DNA from: a virus
Lineage: Duplodnaviria > Caudoviricetes
Strand: one strand, 5' to 3'
DNA: 64,000 bases
IMG/VR virus record: IMGVR_UViG_3300020419_000014
Coordinates: 2,193-66,192 of that record
The notes under the pieces: generated by a model
The model's database searches: none
What the model was told of the DNA's origin: nothing
The model's input: only the letters and a program-made list of their open reading frames with translations
In this document: piece after piece, positions 1 to 9,915 of the stretch
Layout: the number at the start of each line of letters is the position of its first letter
Numbering within the stretch: the first letter of the stretch is position 1
Translations under genes and position numbers: made by a program

Positions 1-491
1 GAGACGGTGGCGCAAGTTCGTCTAGCGATCCTGAGATGCCGCACATGTGGCAAGAATCACAAGATTTCTACAAATGGTGTGTAGGACCTAGCATTGAAAT
101 TTGGAACCATTGGGGTTATAAGGATCCGCAACATATACAAATTGAAAGAAGTTGGGCAAACTATCATCCTAAGGGCGGTTGGACTGACGAGCATACACAC
201 GGTGCAGTTGATCAAGTTATTGTATTATACTTAGACGTACCAAAAGATAGTGGCAACCTAGAAGTACATAATCCGTTGTTTTATCATTGGGAAGGTACTC
301 AACGAGGTTCCGGAACAAACGGGTGGCGACAATTACCAGTAACTACAGGTGATGTAATTATATTTCCAGGATGGTTATTGCATCGAACAGGCAAGAACTT
401 TAATGACGATGCAAGACTAACTATTAATACAAACCTTATGTCTGCACCCTATTCAATTACACCTAAAAATCCTAAACCAATTAGCGAATAA
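1..491 (+). CDS. 2OG-Fe(II) oxygenase (TIGR02466-like), 5'-truncated by the window
   Basis: SWAN...HTH...IIFPGWLLH jelly-roll motifs. The frame is open from position 3 to the ATG at 36, so the true start probably lies before the window. Confidence 0.75.
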   Translation, partial: DGGASSSSDPEMPHMWQESQDFYKWCVGPSIEIWNHWGYKDPQHIQIERSWANYHPKGGWTDEHTHGAVDQVIVLYLDVPKDSGNLEVHNPLFYHWEGTQRGSGTNGWRQLPVTTGDVIIFPGWLLHRTGKNFNDDARLTINTNLMSAPYSITPKNPKPISE

Positions 492-507
492 AAAGATAAA
501 ATAGTGG

Positions 508-535
508 TTGACCTTTCCTAAATTTATGCTATAAT
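508..535 (+). promoter_or_regulatory. sigma70-type early/middle promoter upstream of ligase
   Basis: TTGACC(508-513)-N16-TATAAT(530-535) with an extended -10 TG. Confidence 0.75.
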
Positions 536-566
536 ATAGTTATTAATTAGGCAAAAAGAGGCAAAA

Positions 567-1883
567 ATGAGAACACAACCACAAGAAGTTATTGCTAAAC
601 TAGAAGCAGATAATTCACGTCTTGCTAAAGAAGCAGTAATATTAGAAGCAATGGAAGAAGGACTAGATGAGTTCTTCGAAGGTGTCAAGATGGCACTTGA
701 TCCACTATACACATTTGGCGTAAAGCAAGTACCAGATTCAAAAGTTGACGGGCAAGGTCTTCCATGGGGAGTATTCCGAGAATTAGCTGATAAGCTACAT
801 AAAAGATGGCTTACTGGACATGATGCTAGAGATGCAATTATACTTACAAGAGATATTGCAACTATAGATCAATGGAATAACTTTTATAGAAGAATATTAA
901 TTAAAGACTTACGTTGCGGAGTAAGTGAAAAGACTGTAAACAAAGTCGCTAAAAAATTTCCACAATATAAAATTCCTGTATTTACATGTCAACTAGCACA
1001 TGATAGTGCTAATCATGAAAAGAAAATGACAGGTAAAAAAATGATTGAAGTAAAGTTAGATGGTGTAAGAGTTGTTACTGTTATTAAAGACGGCAAAGTA
1101 GAAATGTTTAGTCGTAATGGAAAACAGTTTCATAACTTTGGACATATCATTACTGAGATTGAAGAAGTACTTAAAACTAATCCTGCTCCATATCCATTAG
1201 TTTTGGACGGAGAAGTAATGAGTGCAAACTTCCAAGACCTTATGAAACAAGTTCATAGGAAAGATGGTAAGCAGTCTACTGATGCAGTATTACACTTATT
1301 TGATGTACTTCCATTAGATTGTTTTTTGGCTGGAAAATATGATAAACCACAAACCGAAAGAACATCTTTAGTATATCATTGGGTTGACCAAAATAAAGCT
1401 AATTTAAAGCACGTAGACGTCTTAGATCATCATATGGTAGACCTTAGTACTCCTGAGGGTGAAGAACGCTTTGTAGAGCTTAATAAAGCGGCTGTAGACG
1501 GTGGTTATGAAGGTGTTATGATAAAAGATCCTGATGCACCATATGAATGTAAGCGAAGTCATGCTTGGCTTAAAGCAAAACCTTTTATAGAAATTACTTT
1601 GAAAGTCGTTGCTGTCGAAGAAGGCACAGGCCGTAACGTAGGAAGACTAGGTGCCGTAATAGTAGAAGGAGAAGATGATGGATACAATTATAGCCTTAAC
1701 TGTGGGAGCGGTTTCACTGACGCTCAACGTGATCAGTTCTGGACTGAACGTACTAGTCTCATTGGTAACTTAATAGAAATAAGGGCAGATGCTAGAACGA
1801 AGTCGCAAGATTCTGAAACGTATAGTCTCAGGTTTCCAAGGTTCAAGTGCTTCAGAGGTTTCGAAGCAGGAGAAAAAATTTAA
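567..1883 (+). CDS. lig: ATP-dependent DNA ligase (T4 gp30-like)
   Basis: Motif I EVKLDGVR, LDGE, EGVMIK, WLKAK, and an OB domain with SLRFPRF. Confidence 0.97.
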   Translation: MRTQPQEVIAKLEADNSRLAKEAVILEAMEEGLDEFFEGVKMALDPLYTFGVKQVPDSKVDGQGLPWGVFRELADKLHKRWLTGHDARDAIILTRDIATIDQWNNFYRRILIKDLRCGVSEKTVNKVAKKFPQYKIPVFTCQLAHDSANHEKKMTGKKMIEVKLDGVRVVTVIKDGKVEMFSRNGKQFHNFGHIITEIEEVLKTNPAPYPLVLDGEVMSANFQDLMKQVHRKDGKQSTDAVLHLFDVLPLDCFLAGKYDKPQTERTSLVYHWVDQNKANLKHVDVLDHHMVDLSTPEGEERFVELNKAAVDGGYEGVMIKDPDAPYECKRSHAWLKAKPFIEITLKVVAVEEGTGRNVGRLGAVIVEGEDDGYNYSLNCGSGFTDAQRDQFWTERTSLIGNLIEIRADARTKSQDSETYSLRFPRFKCFRGFEAGEKI

Positions 1884-1911
1884 TCCCCGTGAAAGAAAAG
1901 ACGGAGATAAG

Positions 1912-1989
1912 ATGACCGACATCGAAAAAATGGATGAAGGTTACAAAGGCAAAACTTTTACCATCAATGGAATTGATGGAGACTTTTAA
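1912..1989 (+). CDS. small hypothetical ORF (25 aa)
   Basis: GGAG Shine-Dalgarno (SD) site before the ATG at 1912; MTDIEKMDEGYKGKTFTINGIDGDF. Confidence 0.35.
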   Translation: MTDIEKMDEGYKGKTFTINGIDGDF

Positions 1990-1999
1990 GGAGAAGGAA

Positions 2000-2119
2000 A
2001 TGAAAAGTACATTAGAAGCATTTAAAAAGAAGTACGGTGAAGGCACAGCCGCTGACTTAGATTACGGCAAACTAACTATTATTGCATTGTGCATTTACAT
2101 TGCAGTTCAGGTATCTTAG
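2000..2119 (+). CDS. small membrane protein
   Basis: AAGGAG/AAGGA SD before the ATG at 2000; C-terminal hydrophobic helix (the ORF track starts at 1934). Confidence 0.55.
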   Translation: MKSTLEAFKKKYGEGTAADLDYGKLTIIALCIYIAVQVS

Positions 2120-2128
2120 GAGAGTACT

Positions 2129-2509
2129 ATGAGAAAATGGATTTATGATTGTTGGAATCATGTAATGGATGCGGAGGTTAATCCTTTAAGGAATATCCCA
2201 GATTTACAAGTACGGCATATGATAATGCAAATTCTTGCATTTATGTGGTCGGCAGTTTTTGCATTATTAATTGCAGATAATGTTGCCGCATTTGGTATTA
2301 GTGCAATAGCCCACATAGCACTTGTTGCCGCAATAGTTATTACTGTTGGTACATTTAAAATTGCAGAACATAAACCTACATTGTTTGAATTTAGAAAAGG
2401 TTATCATTCTTACGGTAGAGGCAGACAATATACAATCTATCGTGACAAAGATGGTAATGCACACAAAGTAAAATTGCCTGCTGGAGATCCTGGCGGCGAA
2501 CACGAATAA
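2129..2509 (+). CDS. hypothetical membrane protein (2 TM)
   Basis: AGGAG SD and two hydrophobic segments. Confidence 0.75.
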   Translation: MRKWIYDCWNHVMDAEVNPLRNIPDLQVRHMIMQILAFMWSAVFALLIADNVAAFGISAIAHIALVAAIVITVGTFKIAEHKPTLFEFRKGYHSYGRGRQYTIYRDKDGNAHKVKLPAGDPGGEHE

Positions 2510-2521
2510 AGTCGAAAATAC

Positions 2522-2550
2522 TTGACTTTTTAATCAATCGACTATATAGT
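2522..2550 (+). promoter_or_regulatory. sigma70-type promoter
   Basis: TTGACT(2522-2527)-N17-TATAGT(2545-2550). Confidence 0.7.
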
Positions 2551-2582
2551 AAATATATAACATCTTAAAATGGAAGAGTTTC

Positions 2583-3878
2583 ATGGGCTTAAAATCTATC
2601 AAGACTACACGGAAAAAGAAATCTAGGTCTCCTAGGATTAAAGTAAATAAATCTCAAAATCCCAAATGGGACGGTTGGGAAGAATGGACTGGTGAACAGT
2701 TTCATCGTCATAAAGGCATGGCTCGTGACTGGTACTACTCAAATTTTAAAGCCGCAGACTTATCCGCACATTTATATCAATGGATGTTAGAGCAAAAAGA
2801 ATACTCTAAGTCTGATGTGCAAGCAATAAAGGCTTTGCCTAATTATAGAGTAAGTTCTACAGTATCTATTAGTGCTAAACTACTATTAGATGGTATGCCT
2901 GATTATAATAAAAAAGAAGATGACTACTGGCAATCTCTTGCAGGGACTATGGGAAATTGTAAACCTACAACTGAATGGATGACCAAGATTATTGCAGAAC
3001 TTATTGATGAAGGTTCTAGAGTTGTAAAAGTAAAGAAGAAAGAAGAAAAAGCAAAATCAAATGTATATGTTCCTAGTATACAAGAACGTATCCGTGAACA
3101 AGCATATAAACAAAGTGAAGCCTTAGAAGAATGGCTAGAAGGTTGGTTAGTAGACCCAAAGTCGTTTGACCCTAAAGGGTTTGATTTTAAAAAGCATTTT
3201 CAAAGCATGAATGTTACACAAGCACATGCTAGAAAATTAAAGTCTTTTTATGAAAATGCATTAGATGATTTTAAAGAACTAGATCGTTATCCTACTGCTG
3301 GGCAGTTGAAGAAAATGGACGAACATACACAGGATATGTGGTTACAGTTAAAAGAAGGATACGGACATTTTAAAAAAGCAGATATAAAAAATTATACACT
3401 TGCTATTGAAAATCTTATGGTTGCACTAGATTTTGTTATAGATAGTGCTAAGATTAACCGTAAGCCTCGAAAAGCAAAGCCAAAAAGTGCAACTAAACTA
3501 GTGGAAAAATTAAAATACTGTAAGTCATATGACAAGTACAAAGTAGCTAGTATCTTACCAGATCAAATTATTAAAACTAACGAGTTGTGGGTGTTTAATA
3601 CTAAAACACGTAAGATAGGAAAATATATTGCAAAGAATATAGATCCACAAGGACAACAAAGAGATGGAACTGGATTAAGTGTAAAAGGTACTACAATTAT
3701 AGGTTTTGACGAAGATAAGAGTATTCAAAAAACACTTAGAAAACCTGATGATCAGTTGAAGGAATTTAAGGCGGCAGGTAAGGTTAAACTACGTACATTT
3801 ATGGAAGATATAAAAACTATAGATACTAAATTAAATGGTCGTTGTAATCCGGATACATTGCTTCTCAAAGCAAACTGA
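2583..3878 (+). CDS. conserved hypothetical phage protein (431 aa, basic)
   Basis: Long ORF behind its own promoter; no catalytic motif recognised. Confidence 0.8.
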   Translation: MGLKSIKTTRKKKSRSPRIKVNKSQNPKWDGWEEWTGEQFHRHKGMARDWYYSNFKAADLSAHLYQWMLEQKEYSKSDVQAIKALPNYRVSSTVSISAKLLLDGMPDYNKKEDDYWQSLAGTMGNCKPTTEWMTKIIAELIDEGSRVVKVKKKEEKAKSNVYVPSIQERIREQAYKQSEALEEWLEGWLVDPKSFDPKGFDFKKHFQSMNVTQAHARKLKSFYENALDDFKELDRYPTAGQLKKMDEHTQDMWLQLKEGYGHFKKADIKNYTLAIENLMVALDFVIDSAKINRKPRKAKPKSATKLVEKLKYCKSYDKYKVASILPDQIIKTNELWVFNTKTRKIGKYIAKNIDPQGQQRDGTGLSVKGTTIIGFDEDKSIQKTLRKPDDQLKEFKAAGKVKLRTFMEDIKTIDTKLNGRCNPDTLLLKAN

Positions 3879-3884
3879 TAAATA
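3877..3884 (+). promoter_or_regulatory. T4-late-type promoter (GATAAATA), leaderless arrangement
   Basis: TAAATA ends at 3884, ATG at 3890, no SD. Confidence 0.7.
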
Positions 3885-3889
3885 CTTAC

Positions 3890-4990
3890 ATGAGCGATAA
3901 GTTACACAAAATACTAGCAGAGCTAGGCGATACTATTAATCAAGAGATTATAGATGCGCCGGCCCCTGCACTAGACATTACAGATAGATCTATTAGCGGT
4001 AATAAAATTAATGGCGGCAAAATTGCAAATTTTGCAAGTACCGGCATCAAAGATAATGCTACCTATGCAGGAGAACCTGTATTAACAGTCGAGAATGATA
4101 AGATCATTGTTGACTCTATTTCTACTAACAAAATTTTAAATCCGTTGCAGGTAGACGGTAATTTAAAAGTAAAAGGTGAAATAACTGCTCATAAACTTCA
4201 TGTAGATGAGATCACTTCAGATGTAAGACACGAAAGAACAACTCCTTTAGAATTTAAAGGTGAAAATAATCAAGCTCCATATAACAAAGGTTTAATATGG
4301 TCAGGCGCAGGACCTACTAGACAACTTATGTTTAGAGAAGGTGAAGATAGATTTTTTAGTTCAGAGTCAATAGATCTTCAAACTGATAAAGACTACAAAA
4401 TTAACAATACTACTGTTCTTTCTGAAACAGAATTAGGTACAGCAGTTGTTAAAAGTAACTTAAGACGTGTTGGTACATTACAAACATTGAAAGTTGCAGG
4501 CAATTTGACTGTTGGCGAATACTTATTCTGGGATAATGATTCAATGAGATTAGGTATTGGCATTGATGCACCTAACGGCGATTTAAGTATTGGTTCTATG
4601 GACCATGAGTTTATTATTGCCGCTGACGAAAGAGAATTTAAAGTAGGCACATGGAGTACTTCTAATCTAAAAATAGTTACAGATGATACTACAAGAATAA
4701 GCATTGCCGCTGAAGGTAATATACAACTTAACGATAAAGTAAGTATTATCGGTACACTAGGGATTGGTGTGAAGAATTATGAAGAAGATGTTGCTTTAAC
4801 AACAGCAGGTCCTATACGTATTCAAAATAAAAAGATGGAAGTAGGAGATCAAATTCCTACACAAGGCAACTATGCTAAAGGCGACATTATTTGGAATAAC
4901 AATCCAGTAGCAACAAGCTACGTGGGTTGGATATGTATTAGAGGTGGAACTCCGGGCGAATGGAAAACGTTCGGGCAAATTTCTAGTTAG
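3890..4990 (+). CDS. virion structural / fibre-like protein
   Basis: Beta-rich SNLRRVGTL and LGIG repeats, C-terminal GDIIWN..P....VGWIC..GGTPGEWK fibre motif, late promoter. Confidence 0.7.
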   Translation: MSDKLHKILAELGDTINQEIIDAPAPALDITDRSISGNKINGGKIANFASTGIKDNATYAGEPVLTVENDKIIVDSISTNKILNPLQVDGNLKVKGEITAHKLHVDEITSDVRHERTTPLEFKGENNQAPYNKGLIWSGAGPTRQLMFREGEDRFFSSESIDLQTDKDYKINNTTVLSETELGTAVVKSNLRRVGTLQTLKVAGNLTVGEYLFWDNDSMRLGIGIDAPNGDLSIGSMDHEFIIAADEREFKVGTWSTSNLKIVTDDTTRISIAAEGNIQLNDKVSIIGTLGIGVKNYEEDVALTTAGPIRIQNKKMEVGDQIPTQGNYAKGDIIWNNNPVATSYVGWICIRGGTPGEWKTFGQISS

Positions 4991-5068
4991 GCCTTAACCT
5001 ACCTACCCCATACATGTTAAATAGTAAATACTTGGCAAAAGGAATTTTGCAAAAGAAAGGGAGTTGTC

Positions 5069-5425
5069 TTGATTACGAATTTTAAGAAACAAATACAATA
5101 TTGGAAAACTGCATCTATTGCTATTCCGATTATTGCAGTATTTGCATTAATTATTTCTGACTTGCTTATGGAACATGATTCAGGAATACATGATAATATT
5201 ATTAATTGTATACTAATTAGTTTTGCTTGTATTTCAGTAGGATTCTGGACATGGACAGTATGGCAAATGATTAACTTAACAAACTACCTTTCCGATGTTG
5301 AGAGTAATTATCAAAAGATAGCAAAAGACATAGCTGAAACTAAAGAACTTTTAAGAGGTGAGCGAGAAAATGTGGGTACTAGGCAACGGAGAAAGTCGTC
5401 AAAAAGTAAACGTAAAAAATCTTAA
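5069..5425 (+). CDS. 2-TM membrane protein with coiled-coil, basic tail
   Basis: TTG start after GGGAG; two hydrophobic helices; TAAATA motifs at 5018 and 5025. Confidence 0.65.
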   Translation: MITNFKKQIQYWKTASIAIPIIAVFALIISDLLMEHDSGIHDNIINCILISFACISVGFWTWTVWQMINLTNYLSDVESNYQKIAKDIAETKELLRGERENVGTRQRRKSSKSKRKKS

Positions 5426-5963
5426 AGGCATAAAAGTAGGGTGTAATGCAATTATTAGAGACTACGAAGTTGATCATTTAATTTGTGTTGATCGCAGGAT
5501 GGTTGAAGAAGCAATAGGTTATAACACAAAAATTTATACTCGCAAAGATTGGTTAGATACATACAAGACTTTAGGTGTAATGCATGTGCCAGATTTAATA
5601 CACCAAGGTACAGAAAGATGGGACGAACCATTTCACTGGGGTAGCGGACCATATGCAGTTTTATTATCAGCTATACTAACCCAAGATAGAAACAAAGTAG
5701 ATTATGATTATAATATTATTAAACTAATTGGGTTTGATCTTTATAGTGAAACTACAACAGTAAATAACATATACAAAGATACTAAAAGCTACGATCCAAA
5801 AGATAAAAATGCAGTAGATCCTAGATACTGGATACATCAAATTTCTAAAGTTTTTGAATGGTTTCCTAAAACGAATTTTATAATTTACCAAAAACCAAAC
5901 TGGCAACTACCAGAAAGTTGGAAAAAAGGTAATGTTTCACTTGACAACGTCGACAATTTATAA
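5358..5963 (+). CDS. Maf/MptE-like, sialyltransferase-fold protein
   Basis: VLGNGESR...GCNA...DHLICVD...SGPYA...LIGFD pattern. Confidence 0.6.
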   Translation: MSEKMWVLGNGESRQKVNVKNLKGIKVGCNAIIRDYEVDHLICVDRRMVEEAIGYNTKIYTRKDWLDTYKTLGVMHVPDLIHQGTERWDEPFHWGSGPYAVLLSAILTQDRNKVDYDYNIIKLIGFDLYSETTTVNNIYKDTKSYDPKDKNAVDPRYWIHQISKVFEWFPKTNFIIYQKPNWQLPESWKKGNVSLDNVDNL

Positions 5964-5969
5964 TATAAT
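5941..5969 (+). promoter_or_regulatory. consensus sigma70 promoter
   Basis: TTGACA(5941-5946)-N17-TATAAT(5964-5969). Confidence 0.85.
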
Positions 5970-6004
5970 AAGTAAGTATAACATTAGATATCTACGGAGA
6001 ATAT

Positions 6005-6457
6005 ATGAGTTACTTTAGTACAAAAACATACGGACACAACATTGGTTTGAGTGCTGTTTTTAGACAGCCAAATGCAGATCATTCTCATTGTAGTTTACTA
6101 CATGGCTATTCATTAGCATTTAAATTTACATTCGGTTGTGAAAAATTAGATGATAAAAATTGGGCTGTTGACTTTGGTGGGTTAAAACCATTAAAGGCTT
6201 GGTTAGAAGATAGCTTCGATCATAAACTTTGTTTGGACGAATCAGATCCTCAGTTACATCATTTTCATGTATTAGAAGATGCAGGATTATGTGAGATACG
6301 TTTCTTTGATGGCGTAGGAGCAGAGAAGTTTGCTGAACATGCATTTAACTTTGCAGACAAACTTATTAAAGAAAAAACTAATAATAGATGTTTCGTTGTA
6401 GAAGTCGAATGTATGGAACACGGAGCAAATAGTGCAATTTTTAGGAAAGAGTCTTAA
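6005..6457 (+). CDS. queD: 6-carboxy-5,6,7,8-tetrahydropterin synthase (QueD/PTPS)
   Basis: HSHCSLLHGY, VDFGGLK, FDHK, GAEKFA motifs. Confidence 0.9.
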   Translation: MSYFSTKTYGHNIGLSAVFRQPNADHSHCSLLHGYSLAFKFTFGCEKLDDKNWAVDFGGLKPLKAWLEDSFDHKLCLDESDPQLHHFHVLEDAGLCEIRFFDGVGAEKFAEHAFNFADKLIKEKTNNRCFVVEVECMEHGANSAIFRKES

Positions 6458-6671
6458 AGAAGGGTTTATTAAAGCACTTATTGTTTTAGTACCTACATAC
6501 ATAACAGCATATATCACAAATAAAATGATATATGTAATTCCAATGCTGGCGGCTGTATCTTTTATTGCCGCTGGAATTTTTGAACAAAAACATAAACGAA
6601 GGCTTGACGAAGATGGTTACAAGAAAGATGCTAGTGGAAACGAATTCGGAAGTAGGAAGGACGAAGGATAA
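6432..6671 (+). CDS. small membrane protein
   Basis: Two hydrophobic segments; abuts kdsA. Confidence 0.6.
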   Translation: MQFLGKSLKEGFIKALIVLVPTYITAYITNKMIYVIPMLAAVSFIAAGIFEQKHKRRLDEDGYKKDASGNEFGSRKDEG

Positions 6672-7445
6672 ATGAGAATAATTGCAGGACCTTGTCAGCA
6701 CGAATCATATCCTCAAAGTTTTGAAATCGCACAAGAATGCAAACGTGTATGTGAGGAACACGGGTTAGATTATTACTTTAAAGCAAGCTATGATAAGGCT
6801 AATCGTTCAAACATAAAAGGTACACGAGGCCTTGGAATGGGTGTTACAATGACAGCATTCCGTAAACTAAAAGAAGAATTAGATGTTAAAATATTAACCG
6901 ATGTTCATAGTGTGTTCGATGTACAACATGTAAAAAGATTAAATGTTGTCGATGTAATACAAATTCCTGCTTTCTTATGTAGGCAAACAGACATTGTAAA
7001 AGCGGCCTGTAAGACAGGAAAGATAGTTAATATTAAAAAAGGACAGTTTCTTGCACCGTGGGACGTTGAAAATATGTTATCAAAGACAGAAGGTGCTAAA
7101 GAAGTATGGATAACAGAGAGAGGAACTAGTTTTGGATACAATAGCCTTGTTGTTGACTTTACTGGCTTGGACTACATGCTTAGTAATTATGATACTCCTA
7201 TTGTGCTTGATGCCACACACGCAGTACAGAAACCAGGCGGCCTTGGAAGCAGTAGCGGCGGCAACCGCGATTACGTTCCTGGCTTATGCAGGGCCGGCGT
7301 TGCTTTGGGTATTAGGAATTTCTTTTTAGAAGTACATCACGATCCAGACAATGCTCCAAGTGATGGACCTAATGCTTTGCATTTAAAAGATTTCGAAAAC
7401 GTTATTAAAGATATTGTTAAAATAAAAGATGTTATGAGTGACTAG
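6672..7445 (+). CDS. kdsA: KDO-8-phosphate synthase
   Basis: IAGPC, FKASYDKANRS, QIPAFLCRQTD, NIKKGQF, ERG, DATHAVQ, SDGPN. Confidence 0.96.
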   Translation: MRIIAGPCQHESYPQSFEIAQECKRVCEEHGLDYYFKASYDKANRSNIKGTRGLGMGVTMTAFRKLKEELDVKILTDVHSVFDVQHVKRLNVVDVIQIPAFLCRQTDIVKAACKTGKIVNIKKGQFLAPWDVENMLSKTEGAKEVWITERGTSFGYNSLVVDFTGLDYMLSNYDTPIVLDATHAVQKPGGLGSSSGGNRDYVPGLCRAGVALGIRNFFLEVHHDPDNAPSDGPNALHLKDFENVIKDIVKIKDVMSD

Positions 7446-7447
7446 CT

Positions 7448-8287
7448 ATGGCAAAGCTAGATAAAACTCAGCATACTAAACAAGAATATAGACGTCTCAA
7501 GGCTTTAGAAAAAGCTAAAAAAAGAGAAGCTAAAGCTGGCATTAAACAACCTGTTATACAACCAGTTAGTATATCAGACGATATTAATATACTATGTGTA
7601 AAGCACGGAACAAAATATTCAGCTGACTATGTTAACAAACTTTACAATATGATCAGTAGACATTGTAATTTACCTTTTAAGTTCTTTTGCTTGACTGATA
7701 ATCCAAACGATATTAATCCTAACGTACATACAATAGAGTTACCTAGATTTTTATCAGGTTGGTGGTGTAAGCCTTATATTTTTAGTGACAAACTTCCTAT
7801 TCAAGGCACAATACTTTATTTAGATTTAGATGTAGTTATATCTAGTAATATAGATAATATGTTTATATACAGCCCAGATGACTGGTGCATAATTAGAGAT
7901 TTTACAAGACACTTGAGACCCGATTGGAAAAAATATAATAGTTCAGTAATTAGATTTAGAAGTGGACAACTTGTAAAACTATGGCAAGATTACTCAAAAG
8001 ACTATAAAGGAGTACAAGCAAGATTTTTCGGCGATCAGGATTGGTTGTACGAAGCATCAAACAAAGAAAATATGCCTGCAAAATTATTTCCTGATAATTG
8101 GGTTCGAAGTTGGAAATGGGAAATAAGACGTTCAAAAGAATTCGAGGCTGGTAGAGTAAAAGGTGAAAGGATGTTTAAGGAGATTGAACATGTAGAGCCT
8201 CCTAAAGACTGTTTAATTGCTGTCTTTCACGGTGATCCCAATCCTCATAACTGTAAAGACCCATGGGTGGTAAATAATTGGCAATGA
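7448..8287 (+). CDS. glycosyltransferase (GT-A, GT8-like)
   Basis: CVKHGTKY...YVNKL, DxD motif YLDLDVV, NSSV, GDQDW, VFHG.PNP. Confidence 0.8.
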   Translation: MAKLDKTQHTKQEYRRLKALEKAKKREAKAGIKQPVIQPVSISDDINILCVKHGTKYSADYVNKLYNMISRHCNLPFKFFCLTDNPNDINPNVHTIELPRFLSGWWCKPYIFSDKLPIQGTILYLDLDVVISSNIDNMFIYSPDDWCIIRDFTRHLRPDWKKYNSSVIRFRSGQLVKLWQDYSKDYKGVQARFFGDQDWLYEASNKENMPAKLFPDNWVRSWKWEIRRSKEFEAGRVKGERMFKEIEHVEPPKDCLIAVFHGDPNPHNCKDPWVVNNWQ

Positions 8288-8805
8288 GCAAACTAGATAA
8301 TTTAGAAACTTACTTAACTAATTGGATCGATCAATTAGATGCAAAGATAGACCATCCTTTTATTAATAACCAAAGTTTACAACATTGTCCGTATGCAAAA
8401 GCGTCTTATACAAATAATAGAACTAAAACTGTAAAAGTAACAAGATATACCTTAGACAATTTTTGGCGTACAGTATCACAAGAACTAATAGACTTCAACC
8501 CAGACGAACATGATATTGTTTTTGTTGCGGCTGAAACAGATACAAATATAATGAACGGCATACAACTTAATGGAGGTTCAGATTCTATCAATACTTATTT
8601 AAATGTACAAAAGCAAGATAAATGGTTACTGTCCTACTTTGGTGATGATTATACAATGGTTTTCATTCAAAAGATAACTGCCTTAGATGACGGTAGTAAA
8701 ATATTAGAAAAGAAAGGCTACTATAATGGATTACATCCTTATTCATTTAATAAGAATGTTATACGTAGACGAAGAATGAGAAATAGACTTGACAACAGCA
8801 AATAA
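8278..8805 (+). CDS. hypothetical protein (CPYA motif, DUF1415-like)
   Basis: W...CPYAK motif. Confidence 0.6.
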   Translation: MAMSKLDNLETYLTNWIDQLDAKIDHPFINNQSLQHCPYAKASYTNNRTKTVKVTRYTLDNFWRTVSQELIDFNPDEHDIVFVAAETDTNIMNGIQLNGGSDSINTYLNVQKQDKWLLSYFGDDYTMVFIQKITALDDGSKILEKKGYYNGLHPYSFNKNVIRRRRMRNRLDNSK

Positions 8806-8817
8806 AGGTGTTATTAT
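8789..8817 (+). promoter_or_regulatory. sigma70-type promoter, leaderless
   Basis: TTGACA(8789-8794)-N17-TATTAT(8812-8817), extended TG; ATG follows at 8824. Confidence 0.75.
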
Positions 8818-8823
8818 ACTAAC

Positions 8824-9915
8824 ATGATGAATCACAAACGCATAGGATTTGCATGTAAATACATGCATCCAGATCAAACACAGAAGAAAAAACTTCTTGA
8901 AGAAATTCAGCGTCCTCTGAATACTAAATGTACAACCGTACAATGGTTAAATAGACAAAGCAAAGAAGTTGCAGAACAAAGACTGTGGGACATCATGGTC
9001 CATAACATAAAAAGTTATTACAACTTGATAGAGTACGTAGGAGGATTACCAAATGGGTTACGAATGGTTCGACTCGGCAGTGATGTTTTACCTGTTTATA
9101 CTCAGCATGAGTGGTCTTACTATTGGCGCAAGTCTGATGTGGTTGCCTATTGCGAAAGAGAGTTTGCGAAGGTCGGTGAAAGAGCAAGGGCCCTCGATGT
9201 CCGACTATCGATGCACCCAGGCCAATTTACTGTACTTGCGAGCGACAACGAAGACATAGTTAGAAGGAGCATAGAAGAATTTGAATATCACACGGACGTC
9301 ATCCGCTGGATGGGATACGGTAAGCAGTTTCAGGATTTCAAGTGCAACGTCCACATATCAGGACGCAAAGGTCCAGCCGGTATCAAAGACGCACTTAAAA
9401 GCCTCTCACCGGAGGCAAGAAACTGTATTACAATCGAAAACGACGAAAACAAATGGGGACTCGAACACAGTCTTGAGCTTGGGAACGATCTCGCTCTGGT
9501 GTTAGATATCCATCATCATTGGTGTAGAGAAGGAGAATACATTGAACCTACCGACGACAGATTTAAACGTGTTATTGATAGCTGGCGTGGTGTTAGGCCT
9601 GCTATCCATTATAGTGTTAGTAGAGAGGATCTTCTCCCACTACACAATAAAACACATAGACCAGACTTTCAAACCCTTACTGAGCAAGGATACAAAAAAG
9701 CAAAACTAAGGGCACACAGTGATATGATGTGGAATGATGCAGTAAATGATTGGGCATTGAGCTTTTTAGACTATGCTGATATTATGGTAGAATCCAAATT
9801 TAAAAATCTAGCCAGCATCGATTTGCATAAATATTACAAAGGAAAACAGAATGACTTACTTAAACAAGATGTACGGCAACAAGAACAAAGACAGTTCGAC
9901 TCAGCCTACGTCTAG
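8824..9915 (+). CDS. uvsE: UV damage endonuclease (UvsE/UVDE)
   Basis: RIGFAC, RLGSD, RLSMHPGQF, TIENDE, LDIHHH, AHSD, MVESK. Confidence 0.93.
   Translation: MMNHKRIGFACKYMHPDQTQKKKLLEEIQRPLNTKCTTVQWLNRQSKEVAEQRLWDIMVHNIKSYYNLIEYVGGLPNGLRMVRLGSDVLPVYTQHEWSYYWRKSDVVAYCEREFAKVGERARALDVRLSMHPGQFTVLASDNEDIVRRSIEEFEYHTDVIRWMGYGKQFQDFKCNVHISGRKGPAGIKDALKSLSPEARNCITIENDENKWGLEHSLELGNDLALVLDIHHHWCREGEYIEPTDDRFKRVIDSWRGVRPAIHYSVSREDLLPLHNKTHRPDFQTLTEQGYKKAKLRAHSDMMWNDAVNDWALSFLDYADIMVESKFKNLASIDLHKYYKGKQNDLLKQDVRQQEQRQFDSAYV

Noticed and set aside
5034-5050. Small hairpin GCAAAA-GGAA-TTTTGC as a terminator
   Set aside because: The stem is weak and AU-rich, and it lies downstream of a late promoter in a leader; its function is unsupported.
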